Shown: positions 10,015-19,175 of the stretch, in pieces
Layout: each line of letters begins with the position of its first letter
How positions within the stretch are numbered: position 1 is the stretch's first letter
From: Planctomycetota bacterium
Lineage (GTDB): Bacteria; Planctomycetota; B15-G4
Length of the DNA: 64,000 bases
Assembly: GCA_965248575.1 (NCBI GenBank)
Contig: CBDFJQ010000002.1
Coordinates: forward strand, 4,480,001-4,544,000
Direction of reading: 5' to 3'
Made by a program: the position numbers and the translations under genes
Notes under the pieces: generated by a model
Seen by the model: only the letters and a program-made list of their open reading frames with translations
Database searches by the model: none
What the model was told of the DNA's origin: nothing

Positions 10015-10529
10015 GACCGGCTCAGCTCGCGGTGCAGCCAGGCACGGGCCATCGCCCACTCGTTCTCAACCGTCGATGTACTGACGGAGAGCGAGGCGGC
10101 CGTCTCAGCGATGGTCAGCCCGCCGAAGTAGCGCAGCTCCGCGACACGTGCCTTGCGCGCGTCATGGCCTGCGAGCTTCTCCAGGGCTTCGTCGAGGGCC
10201 AGCAGGTCGACGCACTCCTCGGGCGCCTGCTCGGGCAACCCACTCAACGTGACGCGTTCCCTGGCTTGGCCGCCGCCGCGCTTCACGGCGTTCTTGGTCC
10301 GTGCGTGGTCCACCAGCACGCGTCGGATCGCCCCCGAGGCGGCGACCAGGAAGTCGCGCTCGCCCTGGAAGCGGATGCGGTCCAACCTGGCCAGCCGCAT
10401 GTAGGCCTCGTGCGCCAGGGCCGTCGCCTGAAGCGTGTGGCCCGGGCGCTCATTCGCGAGGTGGTGGGCCGCCAGTGCGCGCAGCTCGTCGTAGACGAGA
10501 GGGATCAGGTCCGCTGGATCGCGTGTCAT
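10011..10529 (-). CDS. ECF sigma factor, TIGR02999/kinase-associated type
   Basis: LIPLVYDELRALA..GHTLQATALAHEAY..KRGG..VAELRYFGGLT..WAMARAWL. Confidence 0.92.
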   Translation of the reverse strand: MTRDPADLIPLVYDELRALAAHHLANERPGHTLQATALAHEAYMRLARLDRIRFQGERDFLVAASGAIRRVLVDHARTKNAVKRGGGQARERVTLSGLPEQAPEECVDLLALDEALEKLAGHDARKARVAELRYFGGLTIAETAASLSVSTSTVENEWAMARAWLHRELSRS

Positions 10530-10737
10530 GTGCCCGGCGCCGGAAGAAAAGGCGAGAAAGCCGCCGAAATCCCTGGGGAGTCGGCGACCCACTTTCGCCT
10601 GACTGTCCAGGTACGGCAAGAGGCACGGCACGCAGGAGCACGAATTCACTCCTGATCAACGACCTCAGCCGTCGACCGACACCGGCGCGAGGACACGCAG
10701 GCCGGCCGTCGTCTCACATCGCAGGAGGCCTCTGGCC

Positions 10738-13080
10738 ATGACACACCGACTCATCACGACACTCGCTCTCGCACTGGCCCTGCTCGTCAGCACGGCCGAC
10801 GCTGCGCTGCGCGACGCGGAAGATGGCTACCGGGTGCACGATCCGGGCCAGCAGTGGCAGACGCACTTCGACGGCAGCGGCTTCACGACACGGCCCGATG
10901 CGGGCGCATGGACCTGGGGGCTGCAGCTGGTGCGCTACGGGTTCGCCGGGCAGGAGCGTGACGTCGTGCGACCGATGCGCACGGCCGCCGAGGGCTCGCG
11001 CATCGCCTACGATTGGGACGCGACGTTGCAGGAGTGGTACGTCAACGACGCGCGCGGTCTGGAGCACGGCTACACCGTCCACCATCGGCCGGAGGGTGAC
11101 GGCGATGACCGTGGGCCGCTCAGCTTCACGCTCGCGGTGCGCGGCGGGCTGATCCCGAGCGTGGCGTCCGACGGGCGGAGCGTGCGCTTCACCGACGGCA
11201 TCGTCACGGTGGTCACGTACTCGGGGCTGACGGTCTTTGATGCAACCGGGACGATCCTCCCCGCGCGTCTTGAGCTCGCACCCGAAGGGCTGCGGCTGAC
11301 CGTGGAGGAGCGCGGCGCGCTTTACCCGCTGACCATCGACCCCATCGCACAGCAGGGCTACCTCAAGCCGACGCACCCCGGCGCGGGCGACTTTTTCGGC
11401 AGCGCGGTGGCAGTGTCCGGTGACACGGTCGTGATCGGGGCGGCCTCCGAGGACAGCAACGCCACCGGCATCAACGGTGACCTGAGCGACAACAGCGCGG
11501 CGAACTCCGGCGCGGCCTACGTCTACGTGCGAGACGGTCTGGGCTGGGTCCTGCAGGCCGAGCTCAAGGCCTCCAACGCCGATGTCGGCGACTTCTTTGG
11601 CACCTCAGTTTCCATCTCCGATGACACGGTGGTGATCGGCGCGCGAGGGGAGAAGAGCAACGCCACCGGCGTCGACGGAGACCAGACCAACAACTCCTCC
11701 TTCTCCGCCGGCGCGGCCTACGTGTTCGTGCGGACGGGGACGACCTGGAGTCAGCAGGCATATCTCAAGGGCTCCAATACGGAGGTCAGTGACTCCTTCG
11801 GCAGCTCCGTCTCAGTCTCGGGCGACACGGTGCTTGTCGGGGCGACGCGCGAGGACAGCAACGCCACCGGAATCGACGGCGATCAGGCCGACAACAGTCT
11901 CTTGGGGTCCGGCGCGGTCTACGTGTTCGTGCGCAGCGGTACGGCGTGGAGCCAGCAGGCCTACCTCAAGGCTTCCAACGCCGGAGCTGCCGACTCGTTC
12001 GGCGACTCCCTGATGATCTCGGGAGACACCGTGGTGGTCGGAGCCACCATGGAAGCCAGCAACGCACTCGGCGTGGACGGCGATGAGACCGACGACAGCG
12101 CCGCGCAGGCCGGAGCGTCGTACGTCTTCGTTCGCAGCGGGACGACTTGGAGCCAGCAGGCCTATCTCAAGGCGTCCAACACGGCCTTCGACCAGAGGTT
12201 TGGTGCATCGGTCTCCGTTTCTGGCGAGACGCTGGTGGTCGGGGCGCCCTTCGAGAGCACGCCGATCACATGGGTAGGCGCCGCCTACGTGTTCGTGCGC
12301 AGCGGCACGACGTGGAGCCAGCAGGCCTACCTCAAGGCATCCAACATCGGCGGCTTCGACGCCTTCGGGACTTCCGTGTCGCTGTCCGGTGAGACTCTGT
12401 TGATCGGGGCGCTCGGCGAGGGCAGTGACGCCACCGGTGTGAACGGCAACCAGAACAACAGCAACGCCGTCGCGTCCGGTGCGGCCTACGTGTTCACGCG
12501 CAGCGGCACGACCTGGAATCAACAGACATACCTCAAGGCCTCCAATACGGGGAAGAGCGACCAGTTCGGCTGCGAGGTGGCGCTCTCGGCTGGGATGGTG
12601 GTGATCGGGGCGCCCCACGAGGACAGCAACGGCTCCGGCGTGAACGGCGACCAGTTTGACAACAGTTTCGCGTCGGCCGGCGCGGCGTACCTCTTCGACC
12701 TGGCGTCCCCGCCGTTCACGGACCTGGGTGGAGCGTCGCCGGGTGTCGCGGGCCTGCCGAACCTCACGGGGACCGGTACGCTTGTCGGCGGCAGTCAGTA
12801 CTCGCTGACGCTGACCAACACGCCGCCCGATGCGCGACTGGTCGGCTGGTTCTCCTTCGCACCGACGGCGTTCCCGGCGCTGGGTGGAACGGTGCACGCG
12901 TTCCCCTACCAGAACGAGCTGCAGTTCGTCGCCGACGCCACGGGTTCCTTCATGGCGACGTCCATGTGGCCGGTGGGCTTACCCGCCTGCACCAACGTCT
13001 GGTTCCAGTTCATCGTGGAGGACCTGACCTCCGTGGACGGCATTACGCTTTCGAATGGTCTGATCGCGACGACCCCATAA
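10738..13080 (+). CDS. Secreted FG-GAP (integrin-alpha-like) repeat protein with C-terminal domain
   Basis: Signal peptide; seven repeats of YLKASN..D.FG.SV.SGDT.V.GA...GAAYVFVR. Confidence 0.9.
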   Translation: MTHRLITTLALALALLVSTADAALRDAEDGYRVHDPGQQWQTHFDGSGFTTRPDAGAWTWGLQLVRYGFAGQERDVVRPMRTAAEGSRIAYDWDATLQEWYVNDARGLEHGYTVHHRPEGDGDDRGPLSFTLAVRGGLIPSVASDGRSVRFTDGIVTVVTYSGLTVFDATGTILPARLELAPEGLRLTVEERGALYPLTIDPIAQQGYLKPTHPGAGDFFGSAVAVSGDTVVIGAASEDSNATGINGDLSDNSAANSGAAYVYVRDGLGWVLQAELKASNADVGDFFGTSVSISDDTVVIGARGEKSNATGVDGDQTNNSSFSAGAAYVFVRTGTTWSQQAYLKGSNTEVSDSFGSSVSVSGDTVLVGATREDSNATGIDGDQADNSLLGSGAVYVFVRSGTAWSQQAYLKASNAGAADSFGDSLMISGDTVVVGATMEASNALGVDGDETDDSAAQAGASYVFVRSGTTWSQQAYLKASNTAFDQRFGASVSVSGETLVVGAPFESTPITWVGAAYVFVRSGTTWSQQAYLKASNIGGFDAFGTSVSLSGETLLIGALGEGSDATGVNGNQNNSNAVASGAAYVFTRSGTTWNQQTYLKASNTGKSDQFGCEVALSAGMVVIGAPHEDSNGSGVNGDQFDNSFASAGAAYLFDLASPPFTDLGGASPGVAGLPNLTGTGTLVGGSQYSLTLTNTPPDARLVGWFSFAPTAFPALGGTVHAFPYQNELQFVADATGSFMATSMWPVGLPACTNVWFQFIVEDLTSVDGITLSNGLIATTP

Positions 13081-13115
13081 AGTCGCGCTCCCCGGGTAGC
13101 ACGGTCTCCGGCGGG

Positions 13116-14132
13116 TCAGGCCTTGGCTGCCAGCGTGTCCTGGTGCTTGCGGGCGGCCTTGCGGGCCATGTCCACGGCCATTCCCATCGCGTCGTTGGCC
13201 TTGCACTTGACGTCGGGAACGACGCCAGTGCCTTCCCAGTTGGTGCCCGTGATCGGATTGATGGCGCGGCCGAGCGAGATGAAGATTCCCAACTCGTCAT
13301 TCACCGGAAAGCTGCCGCCGGGGTGTGCGCCGCCGCCGGTGGTCTCGCCCACGAGCGTCGCGCGTTCGAGGCACTTCAGGTTGTAGGAGCACTCCTCGGC
13401 AGCCGAGAAGGTGTTGCGGCTGGTGAGCACGAACACAGGCACGTCTGGCATGCGCGGACCGGGCAGGTCCTCGGTCGACAGCGTCCAGAACTCCTGCGTC
13501 TCCTCGGTTTCGCGCCAGTAGAGGCTGTTGAGGTGCGTCGGCTCGTCGAAGAAGTAGCTGCACACAATCTGAACCATCTCCGGGTCGCCGCCGCCGTTCT
13601 GCCGCAGGTCCACGATGATGGCGTCCGAGTTGCCCAGGAAGCTCATCGCGCTCATGGCGGTCTCACGCGCGTGCTCCGGTGATTGGAACGAACGCAGGTC
13701 CAGGAGACCAACGTTGTCCGGCAGCCGCAGAACATTCTCGAAGCCGAAGTTCTCGATCCGGCCACGTGCCCACTGACGCTGCTCCCAGGCTTCCAGCTCC
13801 TCGGCTGTGGGTTCCGGAGGCGGCGGTGCCTGCGGCCGGACGCGCAGGTGCAGGTCATGCGTGACTTCCTGCAGGGTCTCGGTGAGCAGCATGGCAAAGG
13901 CTTCGTTGTTGGATGCGTTGAGCTCACCCGCGGCGAGGGCTTCATCGAGCCGCACCGCGCATTCGGCTCCCTTCTCGGGGAACACGTAGCGTTCGGTCAT
14001 GAGCTTGCCGATGGTGGCGACGGCCTCTGCGCGATCCTCTGCGCCAAGAGCCTGCGCGCCGGCAGAGGGCGCGGCGCTGACGGCCAGTAGCGCGGCACAC
14101 AGCAGCACGGGGATGGGGCGGACGGTGGTCAT
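13116..14132 (-). CDS. S41 family peptidase (IRBP-like)
   Basis: Signal peptide; IIVDLRQNGGG, TFSAAEE, GETTGGGAHP, NWEGTGVVPD. Confidence 0.92.
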   Translation of the reverse strand: MTTVRPIPVLLCAALLAVSAAPSAGAQALGAEDRAEAVATIGKLMTERYVFPEKGAECAVRLDEALAAGELNASNNEAFAMLLTETLQEVTHDLHLRVRPQAPPPPEPTAEELEAWEQRQWARGRIENFGFENVLRLPDNVGLLDLRSFQSPEHARETAMSAMSFLGNSDAIIVDLRQNGGGDPEMVQIVCSYFFDEPTHLNSLYWRETEETQEFWTLSTEDLPGPRMPDVPVFVLTSRNTFSAAEECSYNLKCLERATLVGETTGGGAHPGGSFPVNDELGIFISLGRAINPITGTNWEGTGVVPDVKCKANDAMGMAVDMARKAARKHQDTLAAKA

Positions 14133-14350
14133 GGGCTCTCTCCAGGCGAGTTGACGAGGCACCCTACGGTCTCGCCGCGCTTCCGTGGGCATGTGGGCAG
14201 CAAGGTCACAAGGGCGACAGCTCTCCTCCCGCATCCGCCTGTTTGTGCGGGCAATCGTGGTTCAGAGGCGATTCTGGGAGGGCCGGCGTCAGTCCTGTCA
14301 CGCTAGCGGTCGAGGGATCGAGCCCTTCACCCGCGCCATTCCCAACTTTA

Positions 14351-14403
14351 GCCGAACGCTGGACTGAGCCCACCCGCCCCGTCTGGGGCGGTGCAGCCTT
14401 CGA
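14351..14403 (-). mobile_element. Degenerate (internally deleted) attC-like site
   Basis: Minus strand ..CGAAGGCTGCACCGCCCC-AGAC-GGGGCGGGTGGGCTCAGT-CCAGC-GTTCGGC, 80 bp after the stop of the DUF1353 gene. Confidence 0.4.
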
Positions 14404-14482
14404 TCACCCGTGATGGGTAGACTCTCGGGCGTTGCGTGTCCTTGTGATGCATCGGGTCTGCCGGACTTTCGTGAGGCAAGAC

Positions 14483-16171
14483 TCAGGGCGCAAACTCATC
14501 CCGAGACATGGAAACCATGGCCGACCGCTTGCCATCGTAGGTGAGCCAAACTCGGTCGTCGTTGAGGGCGATGCCCTCCAGCTTGGCGCTGGGTCTCGGC
14601 ACGGGCTTTCGTGTGACCAGCTCCCAAGCGTCCCCCTGCCAACGAAAGACGAAAACCTCGGACTTGCCTAGCAGCTTCTCACGGTCCGAATCCGAGAAGG
14701 CTTTGGGCTTGGAACGTTCTTTTGCGGGAGGGTTCGCCGCCACCCAGAGTGTCTGTGACGCACGGTTAAACGTGAGTCCACTGATCCCCAGGCCACCCAG
14801 GTCGAGCGACGGCAACGGCCTCAAGAGGTCTGTGTTCCAGTCATACTCGAGAACAATGGCGTGATCGTTGGCATCCAGGGGCCACTTGAACCCAAGAACG
14901 AGCCGGTCGGCCCCGATGGCAGCCAGTCCTTCAATCTCCAGTGCGAACGGATGCCACAGAGACTCCAGTTCGTTCGGGGGGTCGGCCTTATGCTTCCAGT
15001 CGGATCTGTCGAGAGAGACTCCCATGGAGTTCAGACACTCAGAAAGCCGTCGCCAGCCCTCAGAATCATCTGGCACCGGGGGGGCGGCACGCTTGCCATC
15101 CTCGAGGTCTCTCCACTCGGCCCGAAGTCCGTAGGAAGGGCTCATCCACTCGACCGGGTGCACATGGAAACGCAACAACCGGCGCGTGCGGTCTTCGTCA
15201 AGTCGACGGAAGGACGTCGTCATGTAGTGCCACTCGCCGCCGTCCCACGCAATGTCCTCAGGGTCGTTGAGCTCGAGACGTTCGAACATGAGCGGCCAGC
15301 GGACGATGAGATCGTTGCCGACCTCGTCGGCTACGAAGATCTCTCGTTCGTCATCGTCGATGACGAGTGCATGGGCGATGGGCTCGCCCTCCGAGCGTTG
15401 AAGCATGACCGGCGCGATACCCGACGGCTCATCGACATAGGCCTGTGTCTGTTTCCTTAGCCTCGAAAGCTCTTCAGTAATCTTCTCGATATCAAGGCTT
15501 TGAAACGGGGCCGCGGCGCTCTCACGATCCACGAGGCGCCGACCCTGAGACGCCAAGAGCCGGTCGAACCACTTGCGATCCGCTGCCGTCAGCTCCCCTG
15601 CTCGACTGGAGACGGTGGCGTTCATCCTGGCCATGACCTCTGACCACGTCTCCGGCCGAAACGTGCGAGGTGTAGCGGTCGACGATTGTTCGCCCCAACT
15701 GGGGCCAAAAAGATAGACCGCTGAGTACATGAGGGCGGCACGCATCTTGCTCAGCTTGTCAGCGCGCATCCCGTAATAGAACAACCGGGCCGCCTCCTCT
15801 GAGGTTGCCGGTCGATTGTGGGGGGGCGCCTTCCCGATCGAGTCGTCACTGCAATGGTAGTCGTGGACCACTGACGCTCGACGGTAGTTGCCGACCAAGG
15901 GCGTCCCGAGGGCTGAACTCCAAAGGACCTTTGGAATGGAAGCGCCATCGACGACGGCGCCCGGAGGAACCGTCCATACATTCCCCGCTGGGTCGACATA
16001 CGTGAACGACTCCTCCAGCTTCATCTTCCGGTGAGATCCTGCCGGGTCGACGAGCCAATGGGTGACGACATCTCCCTCGAAGTGCCCGAGGTTCAGTTCG
16101 TCGGGCGGGACGGGGACAGGAACGGGACTACAACATGCAGCGAGCAACAGAGACACAGAGGCAGCGAGCAT
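14483..16171 (-). CDS. DUF1353-domain lipoprotein fused to a beta-propeller-like (DUF3616-like) C-terminal region
   Basis: LLLAAC lipobox; VDGASIP and ASVVHDYHC DUF1353 motifs; DPEDIAWDG, LEIEGLAA, LEGIAL repeats; start uncertain (frame open to 16438). Confidence 0.7.
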   Translation of the reverse strand: MLAASVSLLLAACCSPVPVPVPPDELNLGHFEGDVVTHWLVDPAGSHRKMKLEESFTYVDPAGNVWTVPPGAVVDGASIPKVLWSSALGTPLVGNYRRASVVHDYHCSDDSIGKAPPHNRPATSEEAARLFYYGMRADKLSKMRAALMYSAVYLFGPSWGEQSSTATPRTFRPETWSEVMARMNATVSSRAGELTAADRKWFDRLLASQGRRLVDRESAAAPFQSLDIEKITEELSRLRKQTQAYVDEPSGIAPVMLQRSEGEPIAHALVIDDDEREIFVADEVGNDLIVRWPLMFERLELNDPEDIAWDGGEWHYMTTSFRRLDEDRTRRLLRFHVHPVEWMSPSYGLRAEWRDLEDGKRAAPPVPDDSEGWRRLSECLNSMGVSLDRSDWKHKADPPNELESLWHPFALEIEGLAAIGADRLVLGFKWPLDANDHAIVLEYDWNTDLLRPLPSLDLGGLGISGLTFNRASQTLWVAANPPAKERSKPKAFSDSDREKLLGKSEVFVFRWQGDAWELVTRKPVPRPSAKLEGIALNDDRVWLTYDGKRSAMVSMSRDEFAP

Positions 16172-16592
16172 GAGACGGCTGCAACGATCGCGCACACGTT
16201 CAGCATCCACTCTCCAGCGCCCACTCTGCTTTGGAACGCTTCTCTGGTTGACCTTCATCCACTGCTTCTGAGTCACGGTCGGGCCCCCTTCCGAATGCCT
16301 TGAACGTCCCATTCTCAACGAGCGTACTATACAGCTCACGCACGCAGCTGAGTGCTCTCCGGTGCGTGGGACCGGCCACGGCACTACGACTCCTGCTAGG
16401 GTAGCGCGCAGCACATTGGCGACCGGCACATGACCCAACCGAAGCGGTCGTCGGTCCAGCTTCCATTTGCCAGCTTGGCCGGCGTGTACGCACGCTCATG
16501 CATTTCGCAGCTGACGAGCTTCCCGGCTGCCAAGCTGCCTCTGCTCGTGCATCGGCGTTCCCAGGGCGTGGTTTTCTCGGTGTCCGTTCGGG

Positions 16593-16714
16593 GACCTCCT
16601 GGCTTCGACCACGTGGCCGGTGGGTTTGCCCTCAGGTTTTGCAGCAGATGCCTGAGCATCAACTGACGAGTGGCCATGCCACAGGCTCCCGAAACCCCGA
16701 GGACCGAAGAGGTC
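16593..16714 (+). ncRNA. Degenerate type III hammerhead-ribozyme-like element
   Basis: CTGACGAG (16663-70) and CGAAAC (16690-95); GGGT/ACCC stem III; CTCAGG/CCTGAG stem I; outer GACCTC/GAGGTC pairing; stem II imperfect. Confidence 0.4.
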
Positions 16715-16743
16715 TGCGGCGACCGTGGGCGCTCTGCCGGATT

Positions 16744-16950
16744 CTAGAAGGCGCTGTCCAACACGACGGCAGTGAACGGTGAACCGAGCGTCACGAACCC
16801 CGTGGTGTCCACGAACAACGGCTGCGTGAAGAACTGGATCGCCTCCACGCCTGGCCCCAGATCCTGGAATGCCGTGACGAGGTCGCCCGACTGCCCGGCG
16901 AGCGTCAACATGAAGGCCGCCCCCGCTTCCGGTGGATCCGGCGTAGACTC
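16744..16950 (-). pseudogene. 3' remnant of a secreted protein paralogous to 6134-7396
   Basis: AAFMLTLAGQSGDLV/TAFQDLGPGVEAIQFFTQPLFVD..AVVLDSAF* resembles the 6134 C-terminus with the middle missing. Confidence 0.5.
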
Positions 16951-17050
16951 GTCGGGGCCCGCGCTCAGACGACCTCGCGGGCGCTGCGACGCCGGGTCGG
17001 GGGCCGCCGGCGTCGCACCCGAGACGCTCCGCTCCCGGGAGGCTTCAACG

Positions 17051-18907
17051 ATGGTGCTGCTCGCATTGGCCACGGTCCTCGTCCTGGTCTCGCCCGCCCT
17101 GGGCGAGGACGGCGCAACAACGGATCGCGTCGTCGGCCCGTCGGGCCCGGCCGTCGGCCCCTCCGGCCTCGTCACGTCCCCGGATCACCGGTCAGCGCGG
17201 CAGCTGCTGCCCGCCACCGGCGGAACGAGCGACCTCGGCGACGTCGACGTTCCGCTGGGCGGAACGAACGAACCCACGATCACCATCGACCCCAATGACA
17301 CCGACCGCGTGGCGATGGCCTCGCTGTTCACGTCGCGCGTGTCCACCGACGGCGGGGCGACCTGGACGGCCGAGACCGCCCTGGTGGTGCCGGTCGGATA
17401 CGGCGGCGGCGGCGACCCCTCCCTGGCCTACGACAGCCAGGGCCGGCTCTTCTGGAGCTATCTCGGAGTCAACCTCTCGACAGGCACGCTGCAGGTGCTC
17501 GTCAGCGAGCTGAACCCGGTGACCGGCGCCGTCATCAACGGCCCGGTCCTCGTGACGCCGGGCGTCGGCTTCGACCAGCACGACAAGCAGTGGCTCGCCA
17601 TCGACACCAACCCCTCGAGCCCGTTCACGGACCGGTTGTATCTCGCGTGGACCGTGTTCCTCGATGTGGGAGGCACGCAGGTCCTGTCCGCGTGGTCGAG
17701 CGACCAGGGCGCGACCTGGTCCACCCCGCTGCCGCTCTCGCCGGGCGACTTCAGTGAGGGCTTCGTGTGGCCCACCCACACCGCGGTGGGTCCCGACGGG
17801 GACGTCTTCGTCTCCTACCACGGGCAGACGGGCTTTGTCGGAAACCCGGACGGCACCAGCGGCAAGGTGTTCGTGTGCCGGTCCGTGGACGGCGGCGTCT
17901 CCTTCCCGCAGAAGACGGAGGCTTTCGCGGACGGAGATGCGGACGTCACCTACAACGTTCAGACAGAGGTGGGCACGATCCCGCTCACCAACTGCTGGAT
18001 GCAGGGTTCACCGCAGGCCTGGGTGCTGCCCGACCCGCACAAGCCCGCAAAGCTGTACGTGGTGTGCAACGACGACCCGGACGACGTGCACGGCAGCGGC
18101 GACGACGCCGACGTCGTCATGGCCATCTCGACGGACGACGGATTGACCTGGGGGCCACCCATCACGGTGGAGGCCGGCCCGTCCGACAGCTTCCAGATCT
18201 TCCCGACGGCGTCGATCGACCCGATCACGGGCTGCATCGTCATCGCCTGGTACGACAACCGCGGCGGAGCGTTCAACGGCAACGGCCTCTACCTGCTCGA
18301 CGTCTACACGACGCGCAGCTTCGACGAGGGCGCGACCTTTCTACCCCCTGAGAAGGTGAACGACGCCCCCTTCGACCCCGAGCTCGACGCGCCGCTGCGG
18401 TTCAGCGGCCCGCCGCCGACCCTGCGCATCGGCGAGTACATCGGCATCGCGTCCCGGGAGGGCCAGACGCACATTGTGTGGTGCGGAAACGACGTTTCGA
18501 GCCAGCAGACGATCACCGATCGGTACGTGGGCTGCCCGTGGTTCAGCCTCTCCGGCGGCAGCACCGGGACCGGCGGCTTCACGCCGGTGTTCGAGGCGGT
18601 TGGCACGCTCGCGCCCCTCTCGCCGCTCACGCTCAGCTTGCAGAAGACGCCCGCGAACACGCTCGTCCTGCTCTGGCTCTCGTTCTCGAGCCAGCCGCTG
18701 GGCGTGCTGGGCGGGACGGTCTACGCCAACCCGTTCAACGCACAGTTCCTGCGCACGACGAACGGCGCCGGCGAGTTCAGCCAGTCGCTCACCTGGCCGG
18801 CGGCCATCGCGTCGGACATCCCCCTCTACCTGCAATGGCTCGTGCAGGACCAGGGCGTGCCCGCGGGGATCACGCTGTCGAACGCGCTCATGGCTGTGAC
18901 GCCCTAG
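17051..18907 (+). CDS. Secreted BNR/Asp-box (sialidase-like) beta-propeller protein with C-terminal domain
   Basis: Signal peptide; Asp boxes STDGGATW, SSDQGATW, SVDGGVSF, STDDGLTW, SFDEGATF; DKQWLAID, IGEYIG. Confidence 0.85.
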   Translation: MVLLALATVLVLVSPALGEDGATTDRVVGPSGPAVGPSGLVTSPDHRSARQLLPATGGTSDLGDVDVPLGGTNEPTITIDPNDTDRVAMASLFTSRVSTDGGATWTAETALVVPVGYGGGGDPSLAYDSQGRLFWSYLGVNLSTGTLQVLVSELNPVTGAVINGPVLVTPGVGFDQHDKQWLAIDTNPSSPFTDRLYLAWTVFLDVGGTQVLSAWSSDQGATWSTPLPLSPGDFSEGFVWPTHTAVGPDGDVFVSYHGQTGFVGNPDGTSGKVFVCRSVDGGVSFPQKTEAFADGDADVTYNVQTEVGTIPLTNCWMQGSPQAWVLPDPHKPAKLYVVCNDDPDDVHGSGDDADVVMAISTDDGLTWGPPITVEAGPSDSFQIFPTASIDPITGCIVIAWYDNRGGAFNGNGLYLLDVYTTRSFDEGATFLPPEKVNDAPFDPELDAPLRFSGPPPTLRIGEYIGIASREGQTHIVWCGNDVSSQQTITDRYVGCPWFSLSGGSTGTGGFTPVFEAVGTLAPLSPLTLSLQKTPANTLVLLWLSFSSQPLGVLGGTVYANPFNAQFLRTTNGAGEFSQSLTWPAAIASDIPLYLQWLVQDQGVPAGITLSNALMAVTP

Positions 18908-18911
18908 CGGC

Positions 18912-19130
18912 TCACCCGGAGGAGGAGCGGAGCGCGACCGGTTCCAGAAGCACTTCGTCAATTACACCGAGGTTGTCGCCGCCTTCTCCGGCCCCCGCGC
19001 CGACTACGAGATCGAATCCGACGGCGAGACGACGACGATCAAGGATGGGATCGAGGGACGCGATGGCGTCGATGCTCTGCCCGCCATCGGGCTGCTCCGC
19101 TTCCGTGGCGGGGAGCAGCCACTGGGATAA
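18912..19130 (+). pseudogene. 3' remnant of an RTX/hemolysin-type calcium-binding protein
   Basis: Frame with no credible start: ..VAAFSGPRADYEIESDGETTTIKDGIEGRDGVDALPAIGLLRF..*. Confidence 0.5.
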
Positions 19131-19175
19131 CCGGACGCCACGACCGGCTGCCGATCCAGTTCACTAACCCTGTTG

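Noticed and set aside
11350..12700. Nucleotide repeats such as TACCTCAAGGC.TCCAAC
   Set aside because: Explained by FG-GAP protein repeats; not CRISPR or DGR
16511..16540. Second CTGACGAG with a GCTT/AAGC stem
   Set aside because: No following GAAA, so not a hammerhead core
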